From a virus (Duplodnaviria; Caudoviricetes): 52,385 nucleotides of DNA. The notes beneath the pieces were generated by a model that was not told the origin of the DNA, searched no databases, and was given only the letters and a program-made list of their open reading frames with translations. Location: IMG/VR virus record IMGVR_UViG_3300022602_000137, positions 1 to 52,385 of that record. One strand, written 5' to 3'. Shown in pieces: positions 1 through 9,506 of this stretch (the first letter of the stretch is position 1; every line of letters starts with the position of its first letter). Made by a program: the position numbers and the translations under genes.

Positions 1-2
1 GT

Positions 3-323
3 TGTACTATGTTTGCTCCAGATCATTATCAAAAATGGACCAGCATGGATCTTGCTACTGCTATAGCAATTGAAATCACTGGAGCATATGAATACGTGAC
101 TGATAATCAAAGTCCAATGGCATTTGTACATATGAAAATACCACTACAAAAATGGACTTCTTTTTTCGCCCGTTGGGAAGATGCTGTACCTTTTGTATTA
201 ACACACAAGGGAGATTTAGTAGTTGGTAATATAAAACAACCTAAGTTATTTCATTATGTAGAAAAGAAATTTATTAATAATGATTTAATAACACAATTAG
301 AGGAGTTAGCATATGGCTCTTAA
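3..323 (+). CDS. C-terminal part of a probable glycosyltransferase-like protein (5'-truncated by window edge)
   Basis: Frame open to window start; FVHMK and FHYVEK segments resemble C-terminal His motifs of GT-A/GT8-like enzymes; upstream of two DxD proteins. Confidence 0.4.
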   Translation, partial: CTMFAPDHYQKWTSMDLATAIAIEITGAYEYVTDNQSPMAFVHMKIPLQKWTSFFARWEDAVPFVLTHKGDLVVGNIKQPKLFHYVEKKFINNDLITQLEELAYGS

Positions 324-897
324 AAAGATTGTTCAAAAATACTACTTACACTACGATAAAAAAACTGGAGCAATTACTAGTGTATCAAATGAAAAAAATG
401 AAAAAGACAAATATAGTTGTGAAGTGCCATTTTCAGAATATAAATTATTTGTTGAAGGATTTAAAAAAACACAAGACCACATAGTGACCTATGCTAAAGG
501 TGTTTCTGGTAAAACAGAATTGAGTGTTGTGAAAATTACCGATAGTCTATATGAATTTAAAAATAAATCATTTGAATGGATTAATAAACCTCCAAAGAAA
601 AATACTGAATTAACAGTCGAATGGGATCATAAAAATAAACGATGGAAGTTTACATTAAGTACCGATGCTAAAGAAAGATTAAAAGACGACTTAGTAAACC
701 CTCATACTATATTTTTTATAATGCTAAAGAACGATTTTGATTTTTTGATTAGAAGTATTATTTTTAAAGTAGATGATTTGATTAATAAAGATACAATTAC
801 AATACCATTTACTAGTGATGTAGAAAGTTACATAGATAAAATTTCTATTTCTACAAAACTATTTTTTCACAGTTACGGATTAAAAATAAATGATTAA
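313..897 (+). CDS. hypothetical protein
   Basis: 194-aa ORF, AGGAG RBS, overlaps both neighbours. Confidence 0.75.
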   Translation: MALKKIVQKYYLHYDKKTGAITSVSNEKNEKDKYSCEVPFSEYKLFVEGFKKTQDHIVTYAKGVSGKTELSVVKITDSLYEFKNKSFEWINKPPKKNTELTVEWDHKNKRWKFTLSTDAKERLKDDLVNPHTIFFIMLKNDFDFLIRSIIFKVDDLINKDTITIPFTSDVESYIDKISISTKLFFHSYGLKIND

Positions 898-1780
898 AAT
901 TATAGAACAAGACATTATCTTTCTCAGCTATGACGAACCAAATGCTGAAAAAAATTACGCAGATTTAGTAAGTAAGTTTCCTTGGGCTAAACGTGTACAC
1001 GGAGTCAAAGGTAGTGATGCCGCACACAAAGCCTGTGCCGCATTAAGCGATACAGAATACTTTGTTACTGTAGATGCTGATAATATTGTAGACCCTAAAT
1101 TTCAAGAAGTTGAAATTGATCTAGACGCATTAGGACTAACTAATGAAAATGTTTTTAGCTGGTGCGGTAAAGTTCATGTTAACGGGCTTATGTATGGCAA
1201 TGGCGGATTAAAATTGTGGACACGTAAATTTGTTAATGAAATGCGTACACATGAAAATTCAGATCCTAACGATATTAAAGGTAAAGTTGAGTTTTGTTTT
1301 GATAATAGATATTATCAATTTAATGAAAACTACAGTGAAAGTTTTACCAATGCTAGTCCGTTTCAAGCCTGGCGAGCAGGCTTTAGAGAAGGGGTCAAAA
1401 TGTCGTTGGATCAAGGAGCCAAGGTAGACAATTTACAAAATATTTGGTGGCAAAATTATCATCGTTTATTAGTTTGGTCTAGTGTAGGTGCTGATGTTGA
1501 AAATGGTATGTGGTCGATCCTTGGAGCAAGAGAAGGAGCATATCTTACTAATTGTACAGATTGGGATTATAGTCAGGTTCGTGATTTTGATTATCTAACT
1601 AATCGATGGGAAACCCAGCATGCTATACTAACACCGGAAGGTGCTAGCACTTTAATTAATCAGGTAGGACGAGACCTAATGACTAAATGTAAATTAGAAA
1701 TTGCCAACTTAGACCCAGCCGGCAGTAAATTTTTTAAAACTGTCTATCAAAATACTCCAAGAATTATACGTAAACGATAA
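890..1780 (+). CDS. GT-A fold glycosyltransferase-like protein
   Basis: FLSYDE first strand, VTVDADN DxD motif, YGNGGLKL; paralog of next gene. Confidence 0.65.
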   Translation: MIKIIEQDIIFLSYDEPNAEKNYADLVSKFPWAKRVHGVKGSDAAHKACAALSDTEYFVTVDADNIVDPKFQEVEIDLDALGLTNENVFSWCGKVHVNGLMYGNGGLKLWTRKFVNEMRTHENSDPNDIKGKVEFCFDNRYYQFNENYSESFTNASPFQAWRAGFREGVKMSLDQGAKVDNLQNIWWQNYHRLLVWSSVGADVENGMWSILGAREGAYLTNCTDWDYSQVRDFDYLTNRWETQHAILTPEGASTLINQVGRDLMTKCKLEIANLDPAGSKFFKTVYQNTPRIIRKR

Positions 1781-2460
1781 TGTACGATATTGTATTCATC
1801 AGTTATAATGAGCTCGATGCTGACGATAACTTTTCTAGTTTAAAAGAACGATTTCCTTTAGTGAAACGAGTACATGGTGTTAAAGGAATACATCAAGCAC
1901 ATATTGCCGCCGCCAAAAAATGCTTTACTAAAATGTTTTGGGTAGTAGATGGTGATGCTGTTATACTTAATGACTTTAAATTCGATTATCAAGTTCCAGA
2001 ATGGGATTTAGATGTTGTCCATGTGTGGCGTAGTATCAACCCCATTAATAGTCTAAGTTACGGATACGGTGGCGTAAAATTATTACCACGTAAGATGACA
2101 ATTGAAATGGATACCACTAGCACAGATATGACCATGAGTATTAGTAGTAAATTTAAGGCCATGGAAGATATTAGTAATATTACTGCATTTAATACTGATG
2201 ATTTTAGCACATGGCGCAGTGCTTTTAGAGAGTGCTGTAAATTAGCAGTAATTAATAATCCAGAATCATTATCTAGACTAGACACTTGGTGTCAATTAAA
2301 TGTAGAAGCACCTTATGGATTTTATGCTTATATTGGTGCTCTTGCTGGTAAGCAATACGGTGAAAGAAATGCTTCCAATAAGGAAGCATTGAGTAAGATA
2401 AATGATTTTAATTGGCTAGAAGCGTGGTGGTTAGCGGAAAAATCTCAGCTATCACTGTAG
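1780..2460 (+). CDS. GT-A fold glycosyltransferase-like protein (paralog)
   Basis: FISYNE, KRVHGVKG, WVVDGDA DxD motif, YGYGGVKL, WRSAFRE. Confidence 0.65.
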   Translation: MYDIVFISYNELDADDNFSSLKERFPLVKRVHGVKGIHQAHIAAAKKCFTKMFWVVDGDAVILNDFKFDYQVPEWDLDVVHVWRSINPINSLSYGYGGVKLLPRKMTIEMDTTSTDMTMSISSKFKAMEDISNITAFNTDDFSTWRSAFRECCKLAVINNPESLSRLDTWCQLNVEAPYGFYAYIGALAGKQYGERNASNKEALSKINDFNWLEAWWLAEKSQLSL

Positions 2461-3076
2461 CACAAGCAATCGCTACTTCTTGATGTTCTAGTTGTGTGCC
2501 ATTACCACTGCGTAGCTCAATAAAATGAATCCAACTACGCAATGTACCATTCATATATAAACGACTTTCAGTAAGCCCTTCTGGTAGTACAGCACGAGCT
2601 TGTTCTTTAGCAATACCACGTTCAATTGCTTCTTCGTAGGCTAAGCGACTAGATTCAATGATGAATTTTTGCTTGGCATCCCACCATGCTTGTAATGTTG
2701 GATCATCCGTTGCGATGCTATTTTGCCTATTTTTTGTGTCCTGTAATCGAGCTTCTCTTGTGACAAACGCAAGGTCCTTAGTAGGGTCTGCGTATCGCTG
2801 AGAAAATTCTTGAAAGCTAAAAGATCTATGTCTAAGGATTTGTCTGGCAATATCTCTTGTTGTGGTAATTTCAATACAGGCTGAGACCATTTCGAGTGGT
2901 GACCAGTGTTGGTGTTTGATGAGGTATTGGATGAGCTTTGCTGATGTTTCGGTGTTAAGTTGATTGCTTGGATTGGACACACGGGCGCAATACGCAATGA
3001 GTTCCTGCGCATCCGCGATGCCCATATTAGCAAATTCTTTTGTTGGTTGGCTGTAACTGAGTAATCGAACATTCAT
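2408..3076 (-). CDS. thyX: flavin-dependent thymidylate synthase
   Basis: HWSPLE and ThyX signature RHRSFSFQEFSQRY; EQARAVLP; NGTLRSWIHFIELR. Confidence 0.97.
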   Translation of the reverse strand: MNVRLLSYSQPTKEFANMGIADAQELIAYCARVSNPSNQLNTETSAKLIQYLIKHQHWSPLEMVSACIEITTTRDIARQILRHRSFSFQEFSQRYADPTKDLAFVTREARLQDTKNRQNSIATDDPTLQAWWDAKQKFIIESSRLAYEEAIERGIAKEQARAVLPEGLTESRLYMNGTLRSWIHFIELRSGNGTQLEHQEVAIACATVIAEIFPLTTTLLAN

Positions 3077-3397
3077 TTATAGTTTCTTTTTCTTTAAAAA
3101 TTGTTGAGTTAATTTTTCCATATCTTTACGAACACGTTCAGTATCCAATTTAAAATCAACATCTTCGATTGTATCTTCGTATGTTCTACAGACTTCGGAT
3201 AAGTTTTTTTCAAAAGCGGGCCAACCATCGCGCCGTGCTTTTGCTGTTATTTTTATTTCCCAAATCTTGCCATCTTTAAAGTTGACCAGAACAGTATGGA
3301 GATACCTAAGAGGTAGCACATTGAGTTTTACCTCTCCAAATACTTCTGGCCAATGAGCAATGACATCTTTGGGAAGATTTCTTCCCTGTTTTGTCAT
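3077..3397 (-). CDS. hypothetical phage protein
   Basis: 106-aa ORF in tightly packed operon. Confidence 0.75.
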   Translation of the reverse strand: MTKQGRNLPKDVIAHWPEVFGEVKLNVLPLRYLHTVLVNFKDGKIWEIKITAKARRDGWPAFEKNLSEVCRTYEDTIEDVDFKLDTERVRKDMEKLTQQFLKKKKL

Positions 3398-3996
3398 TAC
3401 TTAACTTTTTTGGTCGGAACCAACTCCTCAGCTTTACGACGAAACGCTGCAGCTTCTTTGGCTAATTTATCAGCTTGTGAACGATAAAATTTTGCCTCAG
3501 CATCGGGGCTATCAAACGTAGTAGGTGTTGCTTCAACTGTACTAATTACTTCAGCTGTAGGTTTAGATTCAGTTTCTGCTACAGTGGTTTTCTCAGCACT
3601 AGTATCGCCTTTTAATGATAAATCATCAACTGCTACACCGCGTTGTTCAGCAATAATTTGATTAAGCTCGGATAACTGAATTGACATGTTTGTCGTCGGT
3701 GTCATTTCAATTTCGCTAGTAGTAGCTTTAATTAATCGACCTGACGCATGTAACGCAGGTAACATTCTTGCTCCATCGGGGAATTGTGTACGATCTAATG
3801 CTTCAGCAAATTCATATGCTTCTTGCCCAGCGGCTGATTCAACTAAATTGATCAACGCATCGTGATATAAATCGGGTAAATTCTCTGTTGGTATAATTAG
3901 GCAATGATGAGCATCGCCAGGTAGTGTGCGATAAGCAACTAAACATTTTTTGTTAGTAGCCTTAACACGACCTACGTGTTTGAGTTCTTGTGCCAT
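3397..3996 (-). CDS. hypothetical phage protein
   Basis: 199-aa ORF, coupled stop/start with next gene, C-terminal coiled segment. Confidence 0.8.
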   Translation of the reverse strand: MAQELKHVGRVKATNKKCLVAYRTLPGDAHHCLIIPTENLPDLYHDALINLVESAAGQEAYEFAEALDRTQFPDGARMLPALHASGRLIKATTSEIEMTPTTNMSIQLSELNQIIAEQRGVAVDDLSLKGDTSAEKTTVAETESKPTAEVISTVEATPTTFDSPDAEAKFYRSQADKLAKEAAAFRRKAEELVPTKKVK

Positions 3997-3997
3997 A

Positions 3998-4258
3998 TTA
4001 GGCTCCTGTTGCTGGCGTAGCTGGTGTTGCGGCTGGTGCGCCTGCTGGTGGTTGTTGTGGTTGTGCTTTAGCTACTGTGTCTAAAAATGTAGCCAATTTA
4101 GTGTAAGTTTGACCAACTGCTACCATTTCATTTGGCTTAAATGCGCCACGTGAACTAGCAATATCAATGATTACTTTTAATGCGTTTAGGTCATTAATAG
4201 TTAAATCTGTTGATTCGGCTGCTGGTGCTTGTTGCTCTTGTTGTACTTGATCAGTCAT
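3998..4258 (-). CDS. hypothetical phage protein
   Basis: 86 aa, AAGGAG RBS, Pro/Ala tail. Confidence 0.8.
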   Translation of the reverse strand: MTDQVQQEQQAPAAESTDLTINDLNALKVIIDIASSRGAFKPNEMVAVGQTYTKLATFLDTVAKAQPQQPPAGAPAATPATPATGA

Positions 4259-4291
4259 GGTATCTCCTTAAATTAATATGTACGTATATAA

Positions 4292-4579
4292 TTATCTTTG
4301 TTGTAAAAGTGGACAGGCAATTGTGAAGAAACTGAGTTCCTTTTCACTTTCAAAACCAATAATAGTATTATAAACTATTGTATTGGTATTGTCTAGTTCT
4401 ATTCCCTGCCCTATATAGTACCTATTATTTAAGTTATGGCGTATCCATTGATCAACAGATTTGAGTAAGTTTGGATTATAACGATCTAGGGTAGTATATT
4501 TAAAATGCGGACAGGCAAACTCGACCCTCCGTAAGTCAAAATAATTTAGAGGATTAGGTTTGCCTGTCTTTAATGCCAT
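4292..4579 (-). CDS. hypothetical phage protein
   Basis: 95 aa, TAATG coupling to upstream VWA gene. Confidence 0.75.
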   Translation of the reverse strand: MALKTGKPNPLNYFDLRRVEFACPHFKYTTLDRYNPNLLKSVDQWIRHNLNNRYYIGQGIELDNTNTIVYNTIIGFESEKELSFFTIACPLLQQR

Positions 4580-5763
4580 TATGCTGTAACTTTAGCTTGT
4601 TCGTAATATGCGTATTCACCAAATGGTGGAACAATCTTATCGTTGCCGTGAATGATGAATACTGTATCACAGTAGTTTTCATCACCCCAGCTACCCCAAG
4701 GATACCCGTCTGTAAACATAATGAACTTTTTAGGTTCAATATCGTTTTCTTTCATGTAATCCCAGTTTACATCAAACTCAGTACCGCCACCACCCATTGG
4801 TTCGTATTCATCAAATTCGTCCATTGAGTAGCCGTCATAATCTTGCTCGTTATAAACTTTAGTATCAAAGCACCAAACCTTAATTTTAAAGTCTCTGTAC
4901 TCTTGCATAATGCCTTTAATCTCTGACAAGAAGTCTTTAGCCTGTTCGTCACCGATTGAGCCAGACATGTCAATAGCTACACAAATATCAATTGTTTCTT
5001 GGAATTGTGTACCTGGAAGAATAGCACTCATATGCCAGCCCTTACGATTTGGGCGCATAAATGTATAGTCGTTCTTAATAGTACTTTGGATTTGTTGACG
5101 TAGGATTTCACGCCAATTCATCTTAGGTTCTGTAAGTTCCTTAATCATGCGTTGTACACTAGCAGGAGTATGTCCAGCACCTGCGGCTTGTGCCGCTTGA
5201 ATTGTAGCTTCGCGAATCTCGTCACGAATCTGTTTCAATTCTTCTTTAGTATATTTTGGCTGTCCGTCTTTGCCGTTCTCGCCCCAATCAACGTGTTCAT
5301 CTAGCAATTGACCTAGAGCATCTAGTTCTTCTTGATCATATTCGTCAAAAATGCGATCATAAACTTCTTCAGCACCCATGCCATAGTACTTTTGGTCATG
5401 AAAGATTTTGATATCTGGAATTTGATGATCGCCAATGCGGTCACGCACTAATTGTCCGTTAACACAGTAGTCAGCGGCAATGTTAAAAATCTTTGCGTCA
5501 CGCCCTTCTCGACGGGTCATATGATCAAACACATTATGTAGAATTTCGTGAGCAATGACAAACTCAACTTGTTTAACAGTTAGTTTTTCAAAAAATTCAC
5601 GATTAAAATAAATGTGGCGTCCATCTGTTGCCGCAGTAGGCAACCATTTTTCTGCTTCTTGAATTTTAAGACGTGTAGCCATGTTACCAAAAAACGGATG
5701 TTTAAGTAGTAGGCTAACTCTTGCTACGATAATCTTGTCTATGACTGGATCTTGATGTGCCAT
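4579..5763 (-). CDS. metallopeptidase-like + VWA domain protein (DUF2201-type), partner of MoxR-like ATPase
   Basis: TAATDG, HEILH (HExxH), MIDAS DMSGS, GGGGT, FTDG; start moved to MAHQDP (AGGAG RBS, promoter just upstream). Confidence 0.88.
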   Translation of the reverse strand: MAHQDPVIDKIIVARVSLLLKHPFFGNMATRLKIQEAEKWLPTAATDGRHIYFNREFFEKLTVKQVEFVIAHEILHNVFDHMTRREGRDAKIFNIAADYCVNGQLVRDRIGDHQIPDIKIFHDQKYYGMGAEEVYDRIFDEYDQEELDALGQLLDEHVDWGENGKDGQPKYTKEELKQIRDEIREATIQAAQAAGAGHTPASVQRMIKELTEPKMNWREILRQQIQSTIKNDYTFMRPNRKGWHMSAILPGTQFQETIDICVAIDMSGSIGDEQAKDFLSEIKGIMQEYRDFKIKVWCFDTKVYNEQDYDGYSMDEFDEYEPMGGGGTEFDVNWDYMKENDIEPKKFIMFTDGYPWGSWGDENYCDTVFIIHGNDKIVPPFGEYAYYEQAKVTA

Positions 5764-5794
5764 TTCTGCTCCTGTTTTCTTACTGTATGTATAT

Positions 5795-5823
5795 ATTATA
5801 ACACCTCCCGAAGGAGGTGTCAA
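5795..5823 (-). promoter_or_regulatory. consensus sigma70 promoter whose spacer overlaps a C(UUCG)G hairpin
   Basis: TTGACA-17nt-TATAAT on minus strand; ACACCTCC-TTCG-GGAGGTGT. Confidence 0.85.
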
Positions 5824-5839
5824 TTGGTACTAAACCAAA

Positions 5840-6931
5840 TTACTTCTCAGTTGCTTGGCTAATATACTTACCAAATTTAGCATGGAACTCGTCAAAACAC
5901 TTGATCTCATCTGGGTCCAAAGGCAACTTGTAAGTTGACAATGCTAATTTAGTACCCATAATAACCAATTCTGTTTCAAAATTGTCCATAACAAATTGGA
6001 AGAAGTTATTTACTTGTTCGTTCCAATTTTTAGCTTTCTTATCGCAAGCATCTTTTAATTCATAGCACAATGCTACAGTTAAAGAGTACATAGCTGAAAT
6101 TTCTTTACTATCCATCTTTTTAACTTTACCTGACAAGATATCAGTTGGGTTAGGCATTTTGCTAGCATGTTTACGGTGCGCCATAAACTTAATAGCAAGA
6201 CCTTCACCAATTGAGCCAGAAACTAAGTCAGTTAGCGTATCTGAGTCAACATCGTCGTCAACTAGCAATTCGCTTACAAATGACCAAGAGCGTGGAGTAG
6301 CAAAAGCACGTGAACTAGACTTCGGATCAAAATCGTACAAGTCTTTTTTACTAAAAGTAAGGAAGCCAACTACGTCTTTATGGATCTTGTTTTCAGCCGC
6401 CCATTCAAAATAGTCATCCCAGTCAACTGCCATTTCTAAGTGAACGAAACGGTTAGCTAACGGAGCAGGCATACGATATGTAACACCCTTGTCAGTTTCT
6501 CGGTTACCAGCGGCAACCATTACCACGTTATCTGGCAATTCATATGTACCAACCTTACGGTTAAGCACTAGTTGATATGCGGCAGCCTGTACGCTAGGTG
6601 CGGCACTATTCAATTCATCCATAAACAAGATGATTTGTTTGTGATTAGCGGCAAATTCTTTGCTTGGCAATTCTGAAGGAGGTGCCCAACGCATTGTACC
6701 ATCGTTGGAATCGAAATATGGAATACCTTTAATGTCAGTAGGTTCCCAAAGACTCAAACGAACGTCGATAACATGAGCATCTAACTCAGTGCCTAACTGC
6801 TTGATAATATCGGATTTACCAATACCTGGGGGACCCCAGATAAAAATTGGTCGTTTACTTTTTAGAGCCTTACGCAAAGAACGTTTTGCGCCTTTTGGGC
6901 CAACTGTACGATTGACTAGTTCTGAAGCCAT
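5840..6931 (-). CDS. MoxR/dynein-related AAA+ ATPase
   Basis: Walker A GPPGIGKS, Walker B ILFMDE, AAGN, PLANRF, TPRSW. Confidence 0.92.
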   Translation of the reverse strand: MASELVNRTVGPKGAKRSLRKALKSKRPIFIWGPPGIGKSDIIKQLGTELDAHVIDVRLSLWEPTDIKGIPYFDSNDGTMRWAPPSELPSKEFAANHKQIILFMDELNSAAPSVQAAAYQLVLNRKVGTYELPDNVVMVAAGNRETDKGVTYRMPAPLANRFVHLEMAVDWDDYFEWAAENKIHKDVVGFLTFSKKDLYDFDPKSSSRAFATPRSWSFVSELLVDDDVDSDTLTDLVSGSIGEGLAIKFMAHRKHASKMPNPTDILSGKVKKMDSKEISAMYSLTVALCYELKDACDKKAKNWNEQVNNFFQFVMDNFETELVIMGTKLALSTYKLPLDPDEIKCFDEFHAKFGKYISQATEK

Positions 6932-6990
6932 TGTATTTCCTATCTTTAAGTTGAGGTTTTGTTGAACTAAATTTGTTACGCTATGTAGTT

Positions 6991-7019
6991 ATTATATTGT
7001 CAACTAGGATAAATGTCAA
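6991..7019 (-). promoter_or_regulatory. consensus sigma70 promoter
   Basis: TTGACA-17nt-TATAAT upstream of AAA ATPase. Confidence 0.85.
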
Positions 7020-7031
7020 TGTCTTTTTTGG

Positions 7032-7448
7032 TTATTTTTCAGAATTTTCTTCAGATTTGGCGAATTCTTTTTCACGTTCTGTCATAGCTTTGATCAGCCC
7101 AAATTTGCGAATGTCGTCCGAAAACATAAACAGCTCAAAACTTTTTCTTTCAGTGAAAACAGTAATCGAAAGTGGGGTAAGATAATATGGACAGTCAATA
7201 TACCTTTCCAAAAAGATAAGTGTTTGGGGGCTTAATTCGATTGGTTCTGTAAACGGTACTTCGTATGCTTTTAAATCTAATTCATTGGTTAGAAAATTAT
7301 AGCCTTCTTCACTTAACCGAAAAGCAGTCTGTTTGCCGCTACGGTTACTTTGCCACCATTGACGGCTAAAAAGTTTTACATTAACATCATCTGTAGTTTT
7401 GCCCCATTGTTGTAAAAATATTTTAGTTAGGGCATCTTGTGTAATCAT
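7032..7448 (-). CDS. hypothetical phage protein
   Basis: 138-aa ORF, ATGA overlap with upstream gene. Confidence 0.8.
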   Translation of the reverse strand: MITQDALTKIFLQQWGKTTDDVNVKLFSRQWWQSNRSGKQTAFRLSEEGYNFLTNELDLKAYEVPFTEPIELSPQTLIFLERYIDCPYYLTPLSITVFTERKSFELFMFSDDIRKFGLIKAMTEREKEFAKSEENSEK

Positions 7449-7729
7449 TTTACTACTGTACCTTGAGTGAGTTTAACCACTTGGAAATCTTCGCATCCAA
7501 ACGTTAAATTTAATTTTTTAGCCAGATTGCGAGCATGTCCAGGATTTGAAAAACTAACTTTTTTATATTTTGGACCTGGATAACTCGTGAGGCTATTGAA
7601 CGACTTTAAATTAAATGGTTCGTTCTTATAAAATACAGCCCAGATAGCATCGGCTTCTAAAATTTGCTCTGCTTTATAGGTCTTTTTATTAGTGTACTCT
7701 AATAGTACTTTTGGTTTTGGTCGACTCAT
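7445..7729 (-). CDS. hypothetical basic phage protein
   Basis: 94 aa, GAGG RBS, TAAATA box upstream. Confidence 0.8.
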   Translation of the reverse strand: MSRPKPKVLLEYTNKKTYKAEQILEADAIWAVFYKNEPFNLKSFNSLTSYPGPKYKKVSFSNPGHARNLAKKLNLTFGCEDFQVVKLTQGTVVK

Positions 7730-7765
7730 TATATGCGTACCTCAATAATATACGCATATATTTAT
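7730..7765 (-). promoter_or_regulatory. late-promoter-like ATAAATA overlapping a 10-bp inverted repeat that encloses the RBS
   Basis: ATAAATA 7759-7765; arms TATATGCGTA/TACGCATATA at 7730-7739 and 7751-7760. Confidence 0.6.
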
Positions 7766-7767
7766 CT

Positions 7768-8016
7768 TTATTTAGGCTCTTCGAAACCACCACCGTCTAA
7801 CTGTATTTCTACTTCTTCCTGCTGTACATGACCTTTTAACGCATTATACATACTTTCATAGTCTTGTAACAGCTTATCCTGTATTTCGCTCAAGGCTAGA
7901 CTAAGCAATCTAGCTTGAGCGATTGGAATTTTAACTTCTTTCTGTTGACTAAGTTCGGCAGATCTTAACAGTTGGGTAAACTGTGATAATGGAGTTAAAT
8001 TAATCTGATTTTGCAT
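7768..8016 (-). CDS. hypothetical phage protein
   Basis: 82-aa ORF. Confidence 0.75.
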   Translation of the reverse strand: MQNQINLTPLSQFTQLLRSAELSQQKEVKIPIAQARLLSLALSEIQDKLLQDYESMYNALKGHVQQEEVEIQLDGGGFEEPK

Positions 8017-8548
8017 TTGATAACACCATTTTCATTTCAAGTTCGTTTTTAAATGGACCTTTGTATTCATTACGCTCTAAGGTAATTAACTTAGGACAAA
8101 ATGATTTGACCCATCCTTTGTTAAATTTAATAGTGTAATAACCGGCACAGTATAAACTCTTACTTGCGTTAGATTTTGTAAACAATGGTAATTTATTGCG
8201 TACATCATACATGGCGTTGTATGGTTTACTGCTAGTTGGAAATCCGTGACATTCATAAACATCCGGAGTAGTAACTTTGATTTTAGCACTGGTTAAGAAA
8301 AACCCATCGCCAAACTGTTTAGTAAGGTCTTGTTTTTTATTAAACATCACTTCGCCCTGTGTGCTACTAAGAACGAATTTATTATTTTCTTTTTTATGTA
8401 GTGTTGCGATTTTAGAACCATCTTGTTCTACAATCCAAAATTTGCCATCTACAATAGGCTTTGCGTGTATCTCTGTCATAAGTTTCTCCTTACACCCCTT
8501 AGTTTTATTTGGGCATGTTGTTGCGTACATACATACTGTATCATACAT
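8000..8548 (-). CDS. hypothetical phage protein with two candidate in-frame starts (8548 and 8479)
   Basis: Both ATGs have AAGGAG 6 nt upstream. Confidence 0.8.
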   Translation of the reverse strand: MYDTVCMYATTCPNKTKGCKEKLMTEIHAKPIVDGKFWIVEQDGSKIATLHKKENNKFVLSSTQGEVMFNKKQDLTKQFGDGFFLTSAKIKVTTPDVYECHGFPTSSKPYNAMYDVRNKLPLFTKSNASKSLYCAGYYTIKFNKGWVKSFCPKLITLERNEYKGPFKNELEMKMVLSNAKSD

Positions 8549-8600
8549 ATATTTCTCCTTTTCTTACTCTGCCCCGAAGGCGCTGGAGTAATATACGTAT

Positions 8601-9506
8601 TTATTCCTCAAGATCTGGATCCTTAGCAAGCCCCTGCCATTCTTTAATTTTAATTTCTTCAGTATCTGGTGTATCTTCTTGCCAAGCACTAATCCAACGT
8701 GAGCCAGTCCATTTACACTGATAAGTGTAACTGTTTCGACCAGCAGTTTTAACCATATAAATACCATCGCGAACTGGCTTGATCTTTTTAGGAAACCATT
8801 CAGTCATTTCGTATTCTATATCATCCATTGTGGTATATTTTTCCCACTTGCCTGTAGTTGATTGCGAGTGGGCAATATAAAAGCCAAAATCACTACTTTT
8901 TCCGTCAGTACTACCACCAAAATTATCAATATCTTCGCCATCGTATGTTACGCTATTAACAAGTTCTTCACCGTCAATTTCATCGTAACTTAGTGTTAGC
9001 TTAGTAATATCAAATGGTTGTTTAAGTTCGATCTCTCCCTCAAAAAACGTACCTTTCTCATTTGAATTTCCAAGGAATACAACAGTGCCTGCTGGTTGTG
9101 AATCAATCCACACTTCGTCGTCACAAGCCCATTCAATACTGTCATCACTGCCGCCATCGAAGTCTTCGAGAGAACGTTCTAAAATAGTTTCACCGTTTTC
9201 ATCTTCAATCTGTAGTGTGCCTGCGTTACGGCTAACTCCATTAGTATGACCCATACCATCACACTCGTACCATGATCCTGGAGGAAATGGCCACATATCC
9301 TCTGGGATATTATTTTCTTCAGCATAGTCACTTTGCCAAGCAAACTCATTTAGATCAAGTCTACGATGTTTAAAGTAATCGTAAATTTTACGATCTACTG
9401 TGCCCATAACCTTTTCACCACCGTAACCCCACATATAAATTTTATAAGTGCGCGGTGTGAATGATAGTATTTCTACTAGCTTTGCTTTTTCTTCAGATGT
9501 TGCCAT
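8601..9506 (-). CDS. hypothetical acidic phage protein
   Basis: 301-aa ORF with AAGGA RBS, coupled to RNase H gene. Confidence 0.8.
   Translation of the reverse strand: MATSEEKAKLVEILSFTPRTYKIYMWGYGGEKVMGTVDRKIYDYFKHRRLDLNEFAWQSDYAEENNIPEDMWPFPPGSWYECDGMGHTNGVSRNAGTLQIEDENGETILERSLEDFDGGSDDSIEWACDDEVWIDSQPAGTVVFLGNSNEKGTFFEGEIELKQPFDITKLTLSYDEIDGEELVNSVTYDGEDIDNFGGSTDGKSSDFGFYIAHSQSTTGKWEKYTTMDDIEYEMTEWFPKKIKPVRDGIYMVKTAGRNSYTYQCKWTGSRWISAWQEDTPDTEEIKIKEWQGLAKDPDLEE

Noticed and set aside
2408-2460. 53-bp convergent overlap of thyX and the GT gene as antisense regulation
   Set aside because: Short tail-to-tail overlaps are common in compact phage genomes; no further signal
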